NCBI GenBank assembly: GCA_964457625.1
Contig: CAYWES010000002.1
Location: forward strand, 30,239-94,238
DNA from: an uncultured Candidatus Saccharibacteria bacterium
GTDB taxonomy: Bacteria; Patescibacteriota; Minisyncoccia; Phycocordibacterales; UBA1550
Direction of reading: 5' to 3'
Length of the DNA: 64,000 nucleotides
A model generated the notes under the pieces. The model searched no databases, was not told the DNA's origin, and saw nothing but the letters and a program-made list of their open reading frames with translations. Of this stretch, positions 44,732 to 54,019 are shown one piece after another (the first letter of the stretch is position 1; each line of letters begins with the position of its first letter). A program made the translations under genes and the position numbers.

Positions 44732-46492
44732 TTACCAAACCGCCTTCTCTTTGATGTCGCGGAGTGTTCCGTTGATGAAATCCGCGAGGGGGTGCGTTTC
44801 GCCTTTTTCAAAACCACGACATTCTGCGGTCACCGTCCCTGCTTCAGCTTCTTTGTCCCCAAGCACGAGTACATACGGCACTTTTGCTGTCTTTGCGACA
44901 CGGATGCGTTTGCCGAGGCTGTCGTTTGAGGCATTGAGTTCTACGCGTATGCCGACTGCAAGGAGTTCATCGCGTACTTTTTCTGCATACGCATTGTGCG
45001 CTTCGGCGACAGGGAGTACGACGACCTGCGTGGGCACGAGCCAGAGGGGGAAGTTCCCCGCAAGGTGCTCGATCAGAGTAGACATAAAGCGCTCAATAGA
45101 GCCCATAATCGCGCAGTGTACCATCACGATAGTTTCTTTTTCTCCTTTTTCATTCGTACACACAAGTCCGAAGTTTTGTGGTTGATTGAAGTCAAGCTGA
45201 ATGGTTGCGACCTGGAGCGTGCGCCCGAGAGAATCTTTTGCAATGAAGTCAATTTTTGGTCCATACATTGCGGCTTCGCCTTTGCCATCAATGTAGTCGG
45301 TGATACCGCGCTTCTTCATGAGAGAGAGGAGTGCGGTCTCAGCCTTTTCCCAGACGTCTTTCGTCCCGAGGTAAGTTTCAAAGTTTTCAGGATCGTGGCG
45401 CGAAAAACGAATCTGCATTTCGCCGAAGTTGAATGTTTTATAAAACGTATCAATGATGTCCCAGATAGCAAAGACTTCTTCCTCAATCTGATTTTCACGA
45501 CAAAAGACGTGCGCGTCATCCTGAGTGATGGAGAGTACGCGGGAAAGGCCCGAGAGCTCGCCTGATTGTTCGTCGCGGTATACCATCGTCGTCTCGCAGT
45601 AGCGCTGAGGCATATCGCGGTAGCTTCTCGGCTCCGCGTCAAAAATCTGCGTATGGTGAGGGCAGTTCATGGGCTTCATCGCGTACTCGTGTTTTTCACG
45701 CGTGGTGATTCTAAAGAGTTCGTCGGCAAACTTTTTCCAGTGCCCTGATGTTTCGTAGAGAGCCTTTTTGGTGATATGAGGGATGGTCACCTTTTGGTAC
45801 CCTCGCACGCGACGGAGCTCCCACACATAATCATTGAGTGCTTCGCGGATGAAGGTGCCTTTTGGTGTCCAGAGGGGAAGCCCTGAACCCACAAGCTCTG
45901 AAAATACAAAGAGCCCGAGTTCCTTTCCGATTTTTCTGTGGTCGCGCTTCTTTGCTTCTTCTTGCTGTTTCTCGTACGCGGTGAGTTCCTCGGGGGTTTC
46001 AAACGCGAGTCCGTAGATACGGGTGAGCATGGGATTCTTTTCATCTCCGCGCCAGTAGGCGCCCGCGGTATGGGTAATCTTAAACGCATCAGTGTTGATG
46101 TCTTTTGTCGTGTCTACATGACCGCCTTTGCAGAGATCGGTAAAGGTGCCGAGCGTGTAGAGGGTGAGTGTCTTTGCTTCTTCTGCGAATTCATTGAGAA
46201 GCTCAAGCTTGTAAGGCTGGTCGGTGAAAAGTCCGCGCGCTTCCTCGGGCGATACCTCGCGCCCCTCCATGGCGAGTCCTTTGCCGACGATCTTTTTCAT
46301 CGCTTTTTGGAAATCTTTGAGGTCGTCGGGAGTAGGGGTGTAGCCTTTTGAAAATTCAAAGTCGTAGTAAAAGCCGTTATCAATCACCGGTCCGATACCA
46401 AGCTTCGCGCCGGGGTCTTTTTCAAGGACGACGGTTGCAAGGACGTGCGCCAAGGTGTGGCGGATATTGTGGAGCTTTGAGGTCTCAGTCAT
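44732..46492 (-). CDS. thrS: Threonyl-tRNA synthetase (lacks the N-terminal TGS extension)
   Basis: Class II core, anticodon-binding domain and the HRKIGKELGLF motif. Confidence 0.9.
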   Translation of the reverse strand: MTETSKLHNIRHTLAHVLATVVLEKDPGAKLGIGPVIDNGFYYDFEFSKGYTPTPDDLKDFQKAMKKIVGKGLAMEGREVSPEEARGLFTDQPYKLELLNEFAEEAKTLTLYTLGTFTDLCKGGHVDTTKDINTDAFKITHTAGAYWRGDEKNPMLTRIYGLAFETPEELTAYEKQQEEAKKRDHRKIGKELGLFVFSELVGSGLPLWTPKGTFIREALNDYVWELRRVRGYQKVTIPHITKKALYETSGHWKKFADELFRITTREKHEYAMKPMNCPHHTQIFDAEPRSYRDMPQRYCETTMVYRDEQSGELSGLSRVLSITQDDAHVFCRENQIEEEVFAIWDIIDTFYKTFNFGEMQIRFSRHDPENFETYLGTKDVWEKAETALLSLMKKRGITDYIDGKGEAAMYGPKIDFIAKDSLGRTLQVATIQLDFNQPQNFGLVCTNEKGEKETIVMVHCAIMGSIERFMSTLIEHLAGNFPLWLVPTQVVVLPVAEAHNAYAEKVRDELLAVGIRVELNASNDSLGKRIRVAKTAKVPYVLVLGDKEAEAGTVTAECRGFEKGETHPLADFINGTLRDIKEKAVW

Positions 46493-46645
46493 AATCCACC
46501 TATTCTATCATTTCCCTGTTATTTTGAAAGGGGATTGTAGGGAGTTTGTAGATTGACAATTCGTGTTAAAGATGATACAACCGCAAAAGATAAACAAGGC
46601 ATTTTGCCAACCGCATGCTGACGGTTTTCAGTAGAGGATTTTGAA

Positions 46646-46912
46646 ATGATACATTTACGTTTGGAGCGCATGTTTACACTCATGATCCCTTTGTGGTTTC
46701 GGGTTGTGGCCAGTGTGATTGCTGTACTCCTGATTCACCTTGCTGCTTGGCAGTATGTTAAAACAATAGACGTGGACATTATTCCTACGTTCGTGTATGG
46801 GCTCGTTATAGCTGTCCACTGTATACAAAGCTTGGTTTTCTTCTGTGAAGACGAAATTAGAACAGAAAAGAAATGGAACCCAAAGTTCCAGACCCAAGAA
46901 AAGGAAGAATAA
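46646..46912 (+). CDS. Small membrane protein, hypothetical
   Basis: Two hydrophobic helices. Followed by a hairpin terminator. Confidence 0.4.
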   Translation: MIHLRLERMFTLMIPLWFRVVASVIAVLLIHLAAWQYVKTIDVDIIPTFVYGLVIAVHCIQSLVFFCEDEIRTEKKWNPKFQTQEKEE

Positions 46913-46946
46913 ATTCTTTCACACCTGCGGAGGGTTACCCTCCGTG

Positions 46947-46979
46947 ACACCCTCGCAACAACGTTGCGAGGGTGTTTTT
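46947..46979. terminator. Bidirectional terminator between the small membrane gene and dnaE
   Basis: ACACCCTCGCAAC-AAC-GTTGCGAGGGTGT followed by TTTTT. Preceded by a second hairpin GGAGGG-TTA-CCCTCC. Confidence 0.75.
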
Positions 46980-46989
46980 ATGTATGGAG

Positions 46990-49900
46990 CTATTCCAGCT
47001 CCTTCACGCGCTCGACGATGATGCTCTTTTCACCATTGCGTTCGGAGATTTTGCCTTTGATTTTGACACAGCGGTCGGTTGTCTCAAAGAGTTCTTTGTG
47101 GGCAAAAAGGACTTCGGGGAAGAGGACGAGCTCTATGGTACCGGTCATGTCTGTGAGCTTCACAAATGCCATTTTGCCACCCTTTTTCGTGAGAATAGCG
47201 CGGATGTCTTCCGTGATTCCTGCCGCGACGACGACGGTCCCATCCGTGAGTGCGCGGACGCTTTCTATGGTCGAGCCGATGGTAGCAAGCTTGTCTTGAT
47301 ATTGCTCAAGGGGATGTCCTGAGACATAGAGACCGAGGAGTTCTTTTTCCCACGCGAGGTATTCACGCTGAGGGACGGGAGGGACGGGCTTGAGGCGGAG
47401 CGTGGGGACAGTGGAGGTATCTGCCATCATGCCAAAGAGCGAGGGTTGTCCCGATTGTTCTCCCACCTGCGCTTTGTGATAGACCAAAAATTCTTCAACA
47501 TTCCCAAAGAGATCTCCACGCTCACCAAAATCATCCATGGCGCCACTTTTGATAAGGGCTTCAAGAGATTTCTTGTTGAGATTTTTATGTTGGATGCGTT
47601 CGAGGAATTCGGCGATGGATTTGAATTTCCCTTGTTCGCGACGATTTGTCACGATGGCATCCGCGATATCGGTGCCGAGATTTTTAATCGTGTGGAGTCC
47701 AAAGCGAATTTCTTTTTGATCTCCCGCGTCGATGATGGTGAAGTCCGCCGCGCTCATGTTTACGTTTGGAGGGAGGATGGGGATATTCATGCGCTTTGAG
47801 TCAGCGATGATTTCCGCGATCTTTTCCGTATCACCCGATTCTGCTGAGAGAATCGCGGTCATATACTCCGTCGGATAGTTTGCCTTCATATAGGCGGTCT
47901 GGTATGCCACGCGTCCGTAGCTCGCGGAATGAGCTTTGTTGAACCCATATGCCGCAAAGGGCTCAATCCATTCCCAGATTTCTTTTGCCTTCTTTTCGTT
48001 CCAGCCGGTATGCTTTACACATCCGGAAATAAACTTTTCTTTTTGTGCCTGCATTTCGGCAGGGATTTTTTTGCCCACCGCTTTTCGAAATTTATCCACC
48101 TCACCCCACGTGTATCCCGCGAGCTCGTGCGCCATGATGAGAAGGTCGTCCTGATAGACGAGGATACCGTACGTTTGTTTGAGGATAGGCTCAAGGACCG
48201 GGTCGAGATATGAAATGAGGCTCGGGTTGTGCTTGCGCGCAATATAGTCGGGGATAAACTGCATCGGTCCCGGGCGATAGAGAGCAACCATCGCGTTGAT
48301 ATCGTGAATCGTCGTGGGGCGAAGCTCTTTCAAATAGCGGGTCATGCCGGCACCATTGAGCTGAAAGAGTCCCATGGTCTCGCCACGCGTGAGCATTGCA
48401 TACGTCTTTTCGTCATCAAGAGGAATCTCGTCAATATCAATATTGACACCATATCGCTCTTTCACAAGCTTCATGGAGTTTGCGAGGATGGTGAGGTTGC
48501 GGATTCCGAGAAAATCAAACTTTGTAAGTCCCACGCCGTCTTCTCCCACGGAGTACATGTCATACTGAGTAATCACTTTACCCCCACGAGGATCAAGCTG
48601 TGTCGGCGCGAAATCAATGAGCGGTCCCGGAGAAATCACCACACCTGCGGCATGTACGGAGATGTGACGCACACATCCTTCAAGGCGTTTTGCGAGGTCA
48701 ATGATTTCTTTTGAGGTCGCATCGTTTTTATACAAATCAGCAAGCTCGGGGACGGTCGCGAGCGCGGTGTCGATCGTCATGGGGAAGCCTTGAGACCCTT
48801 CGGGAATGAGACGAGAAAGTCTGTCACCTACGGTATAGGGGTGTCCCAGCGCGCGTGCCACATCACGCACCGATCCTCGTGCCATCATGGTACCGAAAGT
48901 ACCAATCTGAGCCACATGGTCGGTGCCGTATTTACTTTTTGCGTATTCGAGCACCTCTTCACGGCGATCATCGGCAAAGTCCATATCAATATCGGGTGCT
49001 GAGGGGCGATCAGGGTTTAGGAAGCGCTCAAAGGGAATGTTGTATTCAAGAGGGTTCAACTTGGTGATGTTGAGCACGTATGTCGTCATGGAGCCTGCCA
49101 CCGAACCACGAATGTTGGTGAGAATGCCGTTTTCGTGCGCAAAGCGGATGAGGTCTTCTACCACGAGAAAGTACGCAGCGTAGCCCTTAAACGCAATAAC
49201 CCCAAGCTCATAATCCAAACGCTCCTGCGCCTTTTCGTCCCCCGAAAGCCCACGCTTTTCAAGCCCCGCATATGAGAGTCGCTTGAGCGCTTCGTCAGGG
49301 GTTTCTCCTTGAGTAAGGGGGAATGTAGGAAAAAGGAATTTCCCGAGCGTGAGCTCAATATTGCATTGGTCGGCTATCTTTTGCGTATTGGTAATGGCTT
49401 CAGGGATGTCCGCAAAAAGCTCCTGCGCTTCTTCGGTATCAATAAAGTGAGCCTCACATTCAAATTTCAATTGCTTGCCGTCTTCCTTGCCTGTTTGAAT
49501 GTTGAGCAAGGTGTTGTGCGCGAGACGGTCTTCGCGATGAAGATAGTGCGAATCTTGGGTGCCCGCGAGAGGTATGTCGAGTTCTTTTGCGAGTTTGATG
49601 AGCATGTTTTCCACCTCAGTGTGGCCCTCAATCTCAGGCTTGCGCATGATTTCAATGAAATAGTTTTCTTTCCCAAAAATTTCCCGATACTCGAGCGCTA
49701 TTGCTTTGCCCGCGTCGTATCCTTGTTTGTGGAGCGCACGCGAAAGTTCACCTCCAAAGCATCCGGAGAGGCAGATGATACCCTCGGCATAGGTACGCAA
49801 GAGTTCTTTGTCCATGCGAGGCTTGTAGTAGTAGCCTTCAAGGTTTGCAAGCGTGACGAGCTTTACGAGGTTGCGATATCCTTGGTCGTTTTTTGCGAGA

Positions 49901-50184
49901 AGGGTGAGGTGAAAGCGCTCATTGTCGATGCCGGGGCGTTTGTCGTGGCGCGATCCCGCGGTGACGTATGCTTCCACACCGAGAATAGGTTTGATCCCCG
50001 CGTTGGTGCATGTCTTATAAAAATCAATCGCGCCGTACATGTTGCCGTGGTCGGTGAGGCCGATGGCATTCATGCCGTAGCTTTTTGCAAGGTCAACCAT
50101 CTCGGAGACCTTTGAGAGACCATCAAGAAGGGAGTAGTGGGAGTGGGTGTGGAGGTGTATGAATTGAGGTTTTTCTGTCGGCAT
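46990..50184 (-). CDS. dnaE: DNA polymerase III alpha subunit
   Basis: PHP domain (HLHTHSHYSLLDG), polymerase core and an OB domain. Start set at the ATG at 50184. Confidence 0.9.
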   Translation of the reverse strand: MPTEKPQFIHLHTHSHYSLLDGLSKVSEMVDLAKSYGMNAIGLTDHGNMYGAIDFYKTCTNAGIKPILGVEAYVTAGSRHDKRPGIDNERFHLTLLAKNDQGYRNLVKLVTLANLEGYYYKPRMDKELLRTYAEGIICLSGCFGGELSRALHKQGYDAGKAIALEYREIFGKENYFIEIMRKPEIEGHTEVENMLIKLAKELDIPLAGTQDSHYLHREDRLAHNTLLNIQTGKEDGKQLKFECEAHFIDTEEAQELFADIPEAITNTQKIADQCNIELTLGKFLFPTFPLTQGETPDEALKRLSYAGLEKRGLSGDEKAQERLDYELGVIAFKGYAAYFLVVEDLIRFAHENGILTNIRGSVAGSMTTYVLNITKLNPLEYNIPFERFLNPDRPSAPDIDMDFADDRREEVLEYAKSKYGTDHVAQIGTFGTMMARGSVRDVARALGHPYTVGDRLSRLIPEGSQGFPMTIDTALATVPELADLYKNDATSKEIIDLAKRLEGCVRHISVHAAGVVISPGPLIDFAPTQLDPRGGKVITQYDMYSVGEDGVGLTKFDFLGIRNLTILANSMKLVKERYGVNIDIDEIPLDDEKTYAMLTRGETMGLFQLNGAGMTRYLKELRPTTIHDINAMVALYRPGPMQFIPDYIARKHNPSLISYLDPVLEPILKQTYGILVYQDDLLIMAHELAGYTWGEVDKFRKAVGKKIPAEMQAQKEKFISGCVKHTGWNEKKAKEIWEWIEPFAAYGFNKAHSASYGRVAYQTAYMKANYPTEYMTAILSAESGDTEKIAEIIADSKRMNIPILPPNVNMSAADFTIIDAGDQKEIRFGLHTIKNLGTDIADAIVTNRREQGKFKSIAEFLERIQHKNLNKKSLEALIKSGAMDDFGERGDLFGNVEEFLVYHKAQVGEQSGQPSLFGMMADTSTVPTLRLKPVPPVPQREYLAWEKELLGLYVSGHPLEQYQDKLATIGSTIESVRALTDGTVVVAAGITEDIRAILTKKGGKMAFVKLTDMTGTIELVLFPEVLFAHKELFETTDRCVKIKGKISERNGEKSIIVERVKELE

Positions 50185-50247
50185 AGGGTGAGTATAACAG
50201 ATTTGAAAATGCCTCGCGATGGAGACTTTTGGTATACTAAATATCTC

Positions 50248-50874
50248 ATGAAATCCTCTCGCGCAAAGACACGTCATATTGTGGGTATTGATGAAGTAGG
50301 GCGTGGACCTATTGCGGGGGAGGTCGCCGTGGGCGCCGTGCTTCTCTATGCGGAATATCTCTCCGAGCTCCAGATATTATTTCCTGAAGTCAAAGACTCA
50401 AAAAAGCTTTCTCCAAAGGTGCGCGAAGAATGGTTTTTGAGGATAAAAGAAGCCCGCACAAAAGGGTACCTTGAAATCGCGGTCACCACCGTTCCTCCCT
50501 CAGTCATTGATAAGAAGGGGATTGTGTATGCCATTCGCACCGCGCTTGATGCGTCACTTGAGAAGGTGCGCTCTGTGAGTGGGCATGCTCCCAACAATCT
50601 CCATGTCCTCTTGGATGGAGGGCTCAAAGCCCCACAGATTTATCCCCATCAAGAAACAATCATCAAAGGCGACGAGAAAGAGCTCGCCATAGCGCTTGCG
50701 TCAGTCGCGGCAAAAGTCTATCGCGACAAACGAATGACCGCCTTGGGCAAAAAATTTCCCGCATATGGCTTTGAAGATCACAAAGGGTATGGTACCCGCG
50801 CACACTACCAGGCAATCAAAGATTACGGACTGTGTCCTCACCATAGAAAAAGCTTTCTCAAAAATCTTGCATAA
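50248..50874 (+). CDS. rnhB: Ribonuclease HII
   Basis: GIDEVGRGP motif containing the catalytic Asp/Glu residues. A TATACT -10 lies immediately upstream. Confidence 0.85.
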   Translation: MKSSRAKTRHIVGIDEVGRGPIAGEVAVGAVLLYAEYLSELQILFPEVKDSKKLSPKVREEWFLRIKEARTKGYLEIAVTTVPPSVIDKKGIVYAIRTALDASLEKVRSVSGHAPNNLHVLLDGGLKAPQIYPHQETIIKGDEKELAIALASVAAKVYRDKRMTALGKKFPAYGFEDHKGYGTRAHYQAIKDYGLCPHHRKSFLKNLA

Positions 50875-50963
50875 TAGACGATATATGGTATAGTGGTCTG
50901 CGGAGAGGCGTTGTTCTTTGTGAAAACAACTCAAAATATAAAACTATAAGGGGAGAAATTCAT

Positions 50964-51299
50964 ATGCGTTTTAACGACGAGATTTATATTGCTGCACATG
51001 AGCATCTTGAGGAAGATGGTTCTTTCAAAAGGGAGTGCTTACTTTGTTTGGAAAAAGAAGCAGGAAAGTTTAGGCTGTACGAGATAAAGAAGAAAGAGCT
51101 CGAGCCTGAGCCCAAACACAAATATAAATATAAAAAAATGAACCCCCCTCAGAGTGAAGTTATCTTTTTGAGAGAGTTCAGAGAGAAGGAACTTGAAGAA
51201 AGTATCTCTAAAGGAGAAATTTCTGTTGAGGGACGAAAGTATGTATCCCCAGGGATGCATCATTTTCGGAAACTTTTTCGACGAAAGATTTTCGCTTAG
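50964..51299 (+). CDS. Hypothetical protein (AT-rich, Lys-rich)
   Basis: ORF followed by a strong terminator. No recognisable family. Confidence 0.4.
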   Translation: MRFNDEIYIAAHEHLEEDGSFKRECLLCLEKEAGKFRLYEIKKKELEPEPKHKYKYKKMNPPQSEVIFLREFREKELEESISKGEISVEGRKYVSPGMHHFRKLFRRKIFA

Positions 51300-51337
51300 C
51301 TATAAGCGGAGACCCTGGCCAGCCAGCTGGGGAAAAA

Positions 51338-51378
51338 GGGCGGTAACGTTTCAGACGTTACCGCCCTTGATTTTTTTT
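51338..51378 (+). terminator. Rho-independent terminator
   Basis: GGGCGGTAACGT-TTCAG-ACGTTACCGCCC, then TTGA and TTTTTTTT. Confidence 0.8.
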
Positions 51379-51404
51379 ATACCTTCTGATACACTCTTCC
51401 TATT

Positions 51405-51623
51405 ATGGTAGTACGCATGAGACATACGCGGGCACACACCGCAAACCGCCGTTCCCACCACGCGCTCAAGGGGACACGCCTTTCTACGTGTGCAAAGTGT
51501 TCAGCACTTCACACACGTCATCAGGTCTGCACGAGTTGTGGCACCTATCGCGGACGCACGATTTTAAAGGTGGCAAAACAGATTAGCAGAACAGAGAGTC
51601 GTGCTACGAAGAAAACGGCATAG
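51405..51623 (+). CDS. rpmF: 50S ribosomal protein L32
   Basis: RRSHHAL and CxxC...C..CG.YRGR zinc-ribbon pattern. Confidence 0.75.
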   Translation: MVVRMRHTRAHTANRRSHHALKGTRLSTCAKCSALHTRHQVCTSCGTYRGRTILKVAKQISRTESRATKKTA

Positions 51624-51688
51624 GGAACCTACTGCCGTTTTCCTTTTGTGGGGGCTTTCGTTAATGTACATTTAAAATATTATTTACC

Positions 51689-52591
51689 ATGGCAAATAGA
51701 CACCTTTCCCGAAGTATCGTCATGCAGACTCTCTACGAATGGGATTTTCGCGGAGGAAATCTGACATCACTTGAGGTAGAGCAGGCGCTCGCGCGCAATG
51801 TTCAAGAATTTGCTCCAGGGTCAAATGATATGTCTTTTATGCGCCCTCTCCTCCTCGGCATCATTGAGAAGCGCCCAAAGCTTGATACCATTATTGAAAA
51901 GGCAGCCCCTGATTGGCCACTTGAAAAGATTGCGCTCGTTGACCGAAACATTCTCCGCGTAGGGTTGTATGAACTTCTCTTTGAGGATCGCGCGGTGGTA
52001 CCCGCAAAAGTTGCCATCAACGAAGCGATTGAACTCGCGAAAACATACGGAGGAGAGACGAGCGGTAAGTTTGTAAACGGAGTGCTCGGTGCGGTCTACA
52101 AGGAGCTCGGTGAGCCCGGTAAAGAAGAGACGAGCAAAAAGAAACACAAGGAAGTCATTGACCCTAAAACTCTCCCGCTCGAGCGCCTTGGGGGAGCGGT
52201 AGTCTTTGCGCGGGCGGACGAGGAAGTATACCTCGCGCTCGTGCATGATATCTTTGGTCACTGGACCCTTTCCAAAGGACACTTTCAAGAGGGGGAAGAG
52301 GATAAAGATGCTATCGTGCGCATCGTGGCTGAGGAGATAGGATTGCCGGTAAAGCCTCTGGATCTTTTGGGAGAGAATGAATACGTGGCGTCACATCCCG
52401 AAAAGGGAAAGCTTCGCAAGCATGTGAGCTATTTCCTCGCCGAGGCTCCGTATCAGGAGGTGGAGCTTCTCAAAAAAGGAGGTCTCGATGATGTGCGCTG
52501 GTTTAGGCTCGCGGACATTCTTGACCTCAAAATGTATGACGACATGGTACCCGTCATTACGAAAGCCGTAAATATATTGCTCAAAAAATAA
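51689..52591 (+). CDS. nusB: Transcription antitermination factor NusB fused to a C-terminal Nudix-like domain
   Basis: NusB motifs (QTLYEWDF, DRNILRVGLYELLF) in residues 1-150. The C-terminal ~140 aa carry a Nudix-box-like GHWTLSKGHFQEGEEDKDAIVRIVAEEIGL. Confidence 0.75.
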   Translation: MANRHLSRSIVMQTLYEWDFRGGNLTSLEVEQALARNVQEFAPGSNDMSFMRPLLLGIIEKRPKLDTIIEKAAPDWPLEKIALVDRNILRVGLYELLFEDRAVVPAKVAINEAIELAKTYGGETSGKFVNGVLGAVYKELGEPGKEETSKKKHKEVIDPKTLPLERLGGAVVFARADEEVYLALVHDIFGHWTLSKGHFQEGEEDKDAIVRIVAEEIGLPVKPLDLLGENEYVASHPEKGKLRKHVSYFLAEAPYQEVELLKKGGLDDVRWFRLADILDLKMYDDMVPVITKAVNILLKK

Positions 52592-52604
52592 TTATTTAGA
52601 TAGT

Positions 52605-53309
52605 ATGGATTTGTTTGCTCCCTTTGAAGAAAAAATCGGATTCGTATTCAACGATAAAAAAGTACTTCGCGAGGCATTCACGCACCGCTCGTATATCAAT
52701 GAATCCCATGAACGAGGACTTGCGCACAATGAGCGCTTGGAGTTTTTGGGTGATGCGGTCGTAGAACTTGTGGTAACGGATTTTCTCTACGAAAAATATC
52801 CTCACGCTGATGAAGGACTCCTCACAAGCTATCGTGCGGCACTGGTAAACGCGGTCACGCTCGGGAATCTCGGCATTGAGCTCGGCATGGATGACTACCT
52901 CCTCCTCTCAAAGGGTGAGGCAAAAGACAAAGGTACTAAAGCCCGGGAGATTATTATCGCGAATGCGTTTGAGGCGCTCGTGGGGGCACTCTACCTTGAT
53001 CAGGGGTATGATGCGGCATATGGATTTTTGAAAAAGTTTCTCTTTGGGAAGACAGATGAAATTGTAAAAAAAGGACTGTGGCGCGACGCAAAAAGTTTTT
53101 TCCAAGAGCAAGCACAGGATTACGCGGGCATCACACCCTCATACCGTATTCTCCGTGAAGTCGGACCTGATCATAACAAAGAGTTTGTGTCAGGAGTATT
53201 CCTGGATGAAGAGCTTGTCGCCGAGGGGTCGGGCATGTCAAAACAAGAAGCCGAACAACACGCCGCGCGCAAAGCCCTCGAGGCAAAAGGCTGGGAAGAG
53301 AAGAAATAG
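52605..53309 (+). CDS. rnc: Ribonuclease III
   Basis: ERLEFLGDAVVEL signature and a C-terminal dsRBD. Confidence 0.9.
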   Translation: MDLFAPFEEKIGFVFNDKKVLREAFTHRSYINESHERGLAHNERLEFLGDAVVELVVTDFLYEKYPHADEGLLTSYRAALVNAVTLGNLGIELGMDDYLLLSKGEAKDKGTKAREIIIANAFEALVGALYLDQGYDAAYGFLKKFLFGKTDEIVKKGLWRDAKSFFQEQAQDYAGITPSYRILREVGPDHNKEFVSGVFLDEELVAEGSGMSKQEAEQHAARKALEAKGWEEKK

Positions 53310-53404
53310 TTTCATTGACAATACAATTTATGTATGCTTTTGTGTACGTAGAGCTACCCGTTTGGTGATAGCGTTCATTTTTACATAATCAGGAGGAAAG
53401 GATT

Positions 53405-53596
53405 ATGAAACTTTTGCTTTCTTGTTTCGTCTTTGCGTTAATGGTGGTTTCCGTGGTGCTTGCCTACCACACCCTTTCTCATATCGTACAGTCCTACCGA
53501 ACCCCACAACTAGAATGGTACGATTTTGTTGGGATTGTGGGAACCCCTTTCTTCTTTGCGTTATGGGTGTGGATCGAAGTACACTCATCTCTATAA
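53405..53596 (+). CDS. Small membrane protein (63 aa)
   Basis: Strong SD (AGGAGGAAAGG) upstream, two hydrophobic helices, and its own terminator. Confidence 0.4.
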   Translation: MKLLLSCFVFALMVVSVVLAYHTLSHIVQSYRTPQLEWYDFVGIVGTPFFFALWVWIEVHSSL

Positions 53597-53611
53597 CTAG
53601 GGGAGACCCAA

Positions 53612-53640
53612 AAACACCGAACCTTTGGTCGGTGTTTTTT
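53612..53640 (+). terminator. Rho-independent terminator
   Basis: AAACACCGAACC-TTTG-GTCGGTGTTT followed by TTT. Confidence 0.6.
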
Positions 53641-53713
53641 CTTTGATATGTATGCTAATCTGTCTGTAGAGTCGTTAACAGTGTTCATTGTCCACACATG
53701 AGGAGAAATAGTT

Positions 53714-53911
53714 ATGAACGTTTTTCTTTTTTCGTTTTTTGTACTTATAATCTTTTTAACCACGGTGATTGTCTACCGTTTCGCGGAAGCTGATGATGCT
53801 GCTGCTGACGATGAGGGCAAAAAGGGGTTACTAAACTTTTCCCTCGTCCTTATCTATGTAGCCCTGCTTCTCGTCTTTATCTTTTTCGCGGTATCCGCTT
53901 TAAATAGATAG
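53714..53911 (+). CDS. Small membrane protein (65 aa) with an acidic loop
   Basis: SD GAGGAGAAA upstream, two hydrophobic helices flanking EADDAAADDEGKKG, and its own terminator. Confidence 0.4.
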   Translation: MNVFLFSFFVLIIFLTTVIVYRFAEADDAAADDEGKKGLLNFSLVLIYVALLLVFIFFAVSALNR

Positions 53912-53945
53912 CGACTCCCTGATACTATAAGGAACACAGTCTCTT

Positions 53946-53985
53946 AAAAACACCGCAACGTTCGTTGCGGTGTTTTTCTTTTTAT
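53946..53985 (+). terminator. Rho-independent terminator
   Basis: AAAAACACCGCAACG-TT-CGTTGCGGTGTTTTT followed by CTTTTT. Confidence 0.7.
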
Positions 53986-54019
53986 TGCCACCGTACTTGT
54001 GGTACAATTTACTCAAAGA

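Noticed and set aside
46493-46645. Possible T-box leader upstream of thrS
   Set aside because: No T-box consensus (AATTAGGGTGGTACCGCG-like) and no specifier/antiterminator arrangement were found on the thrS strand.
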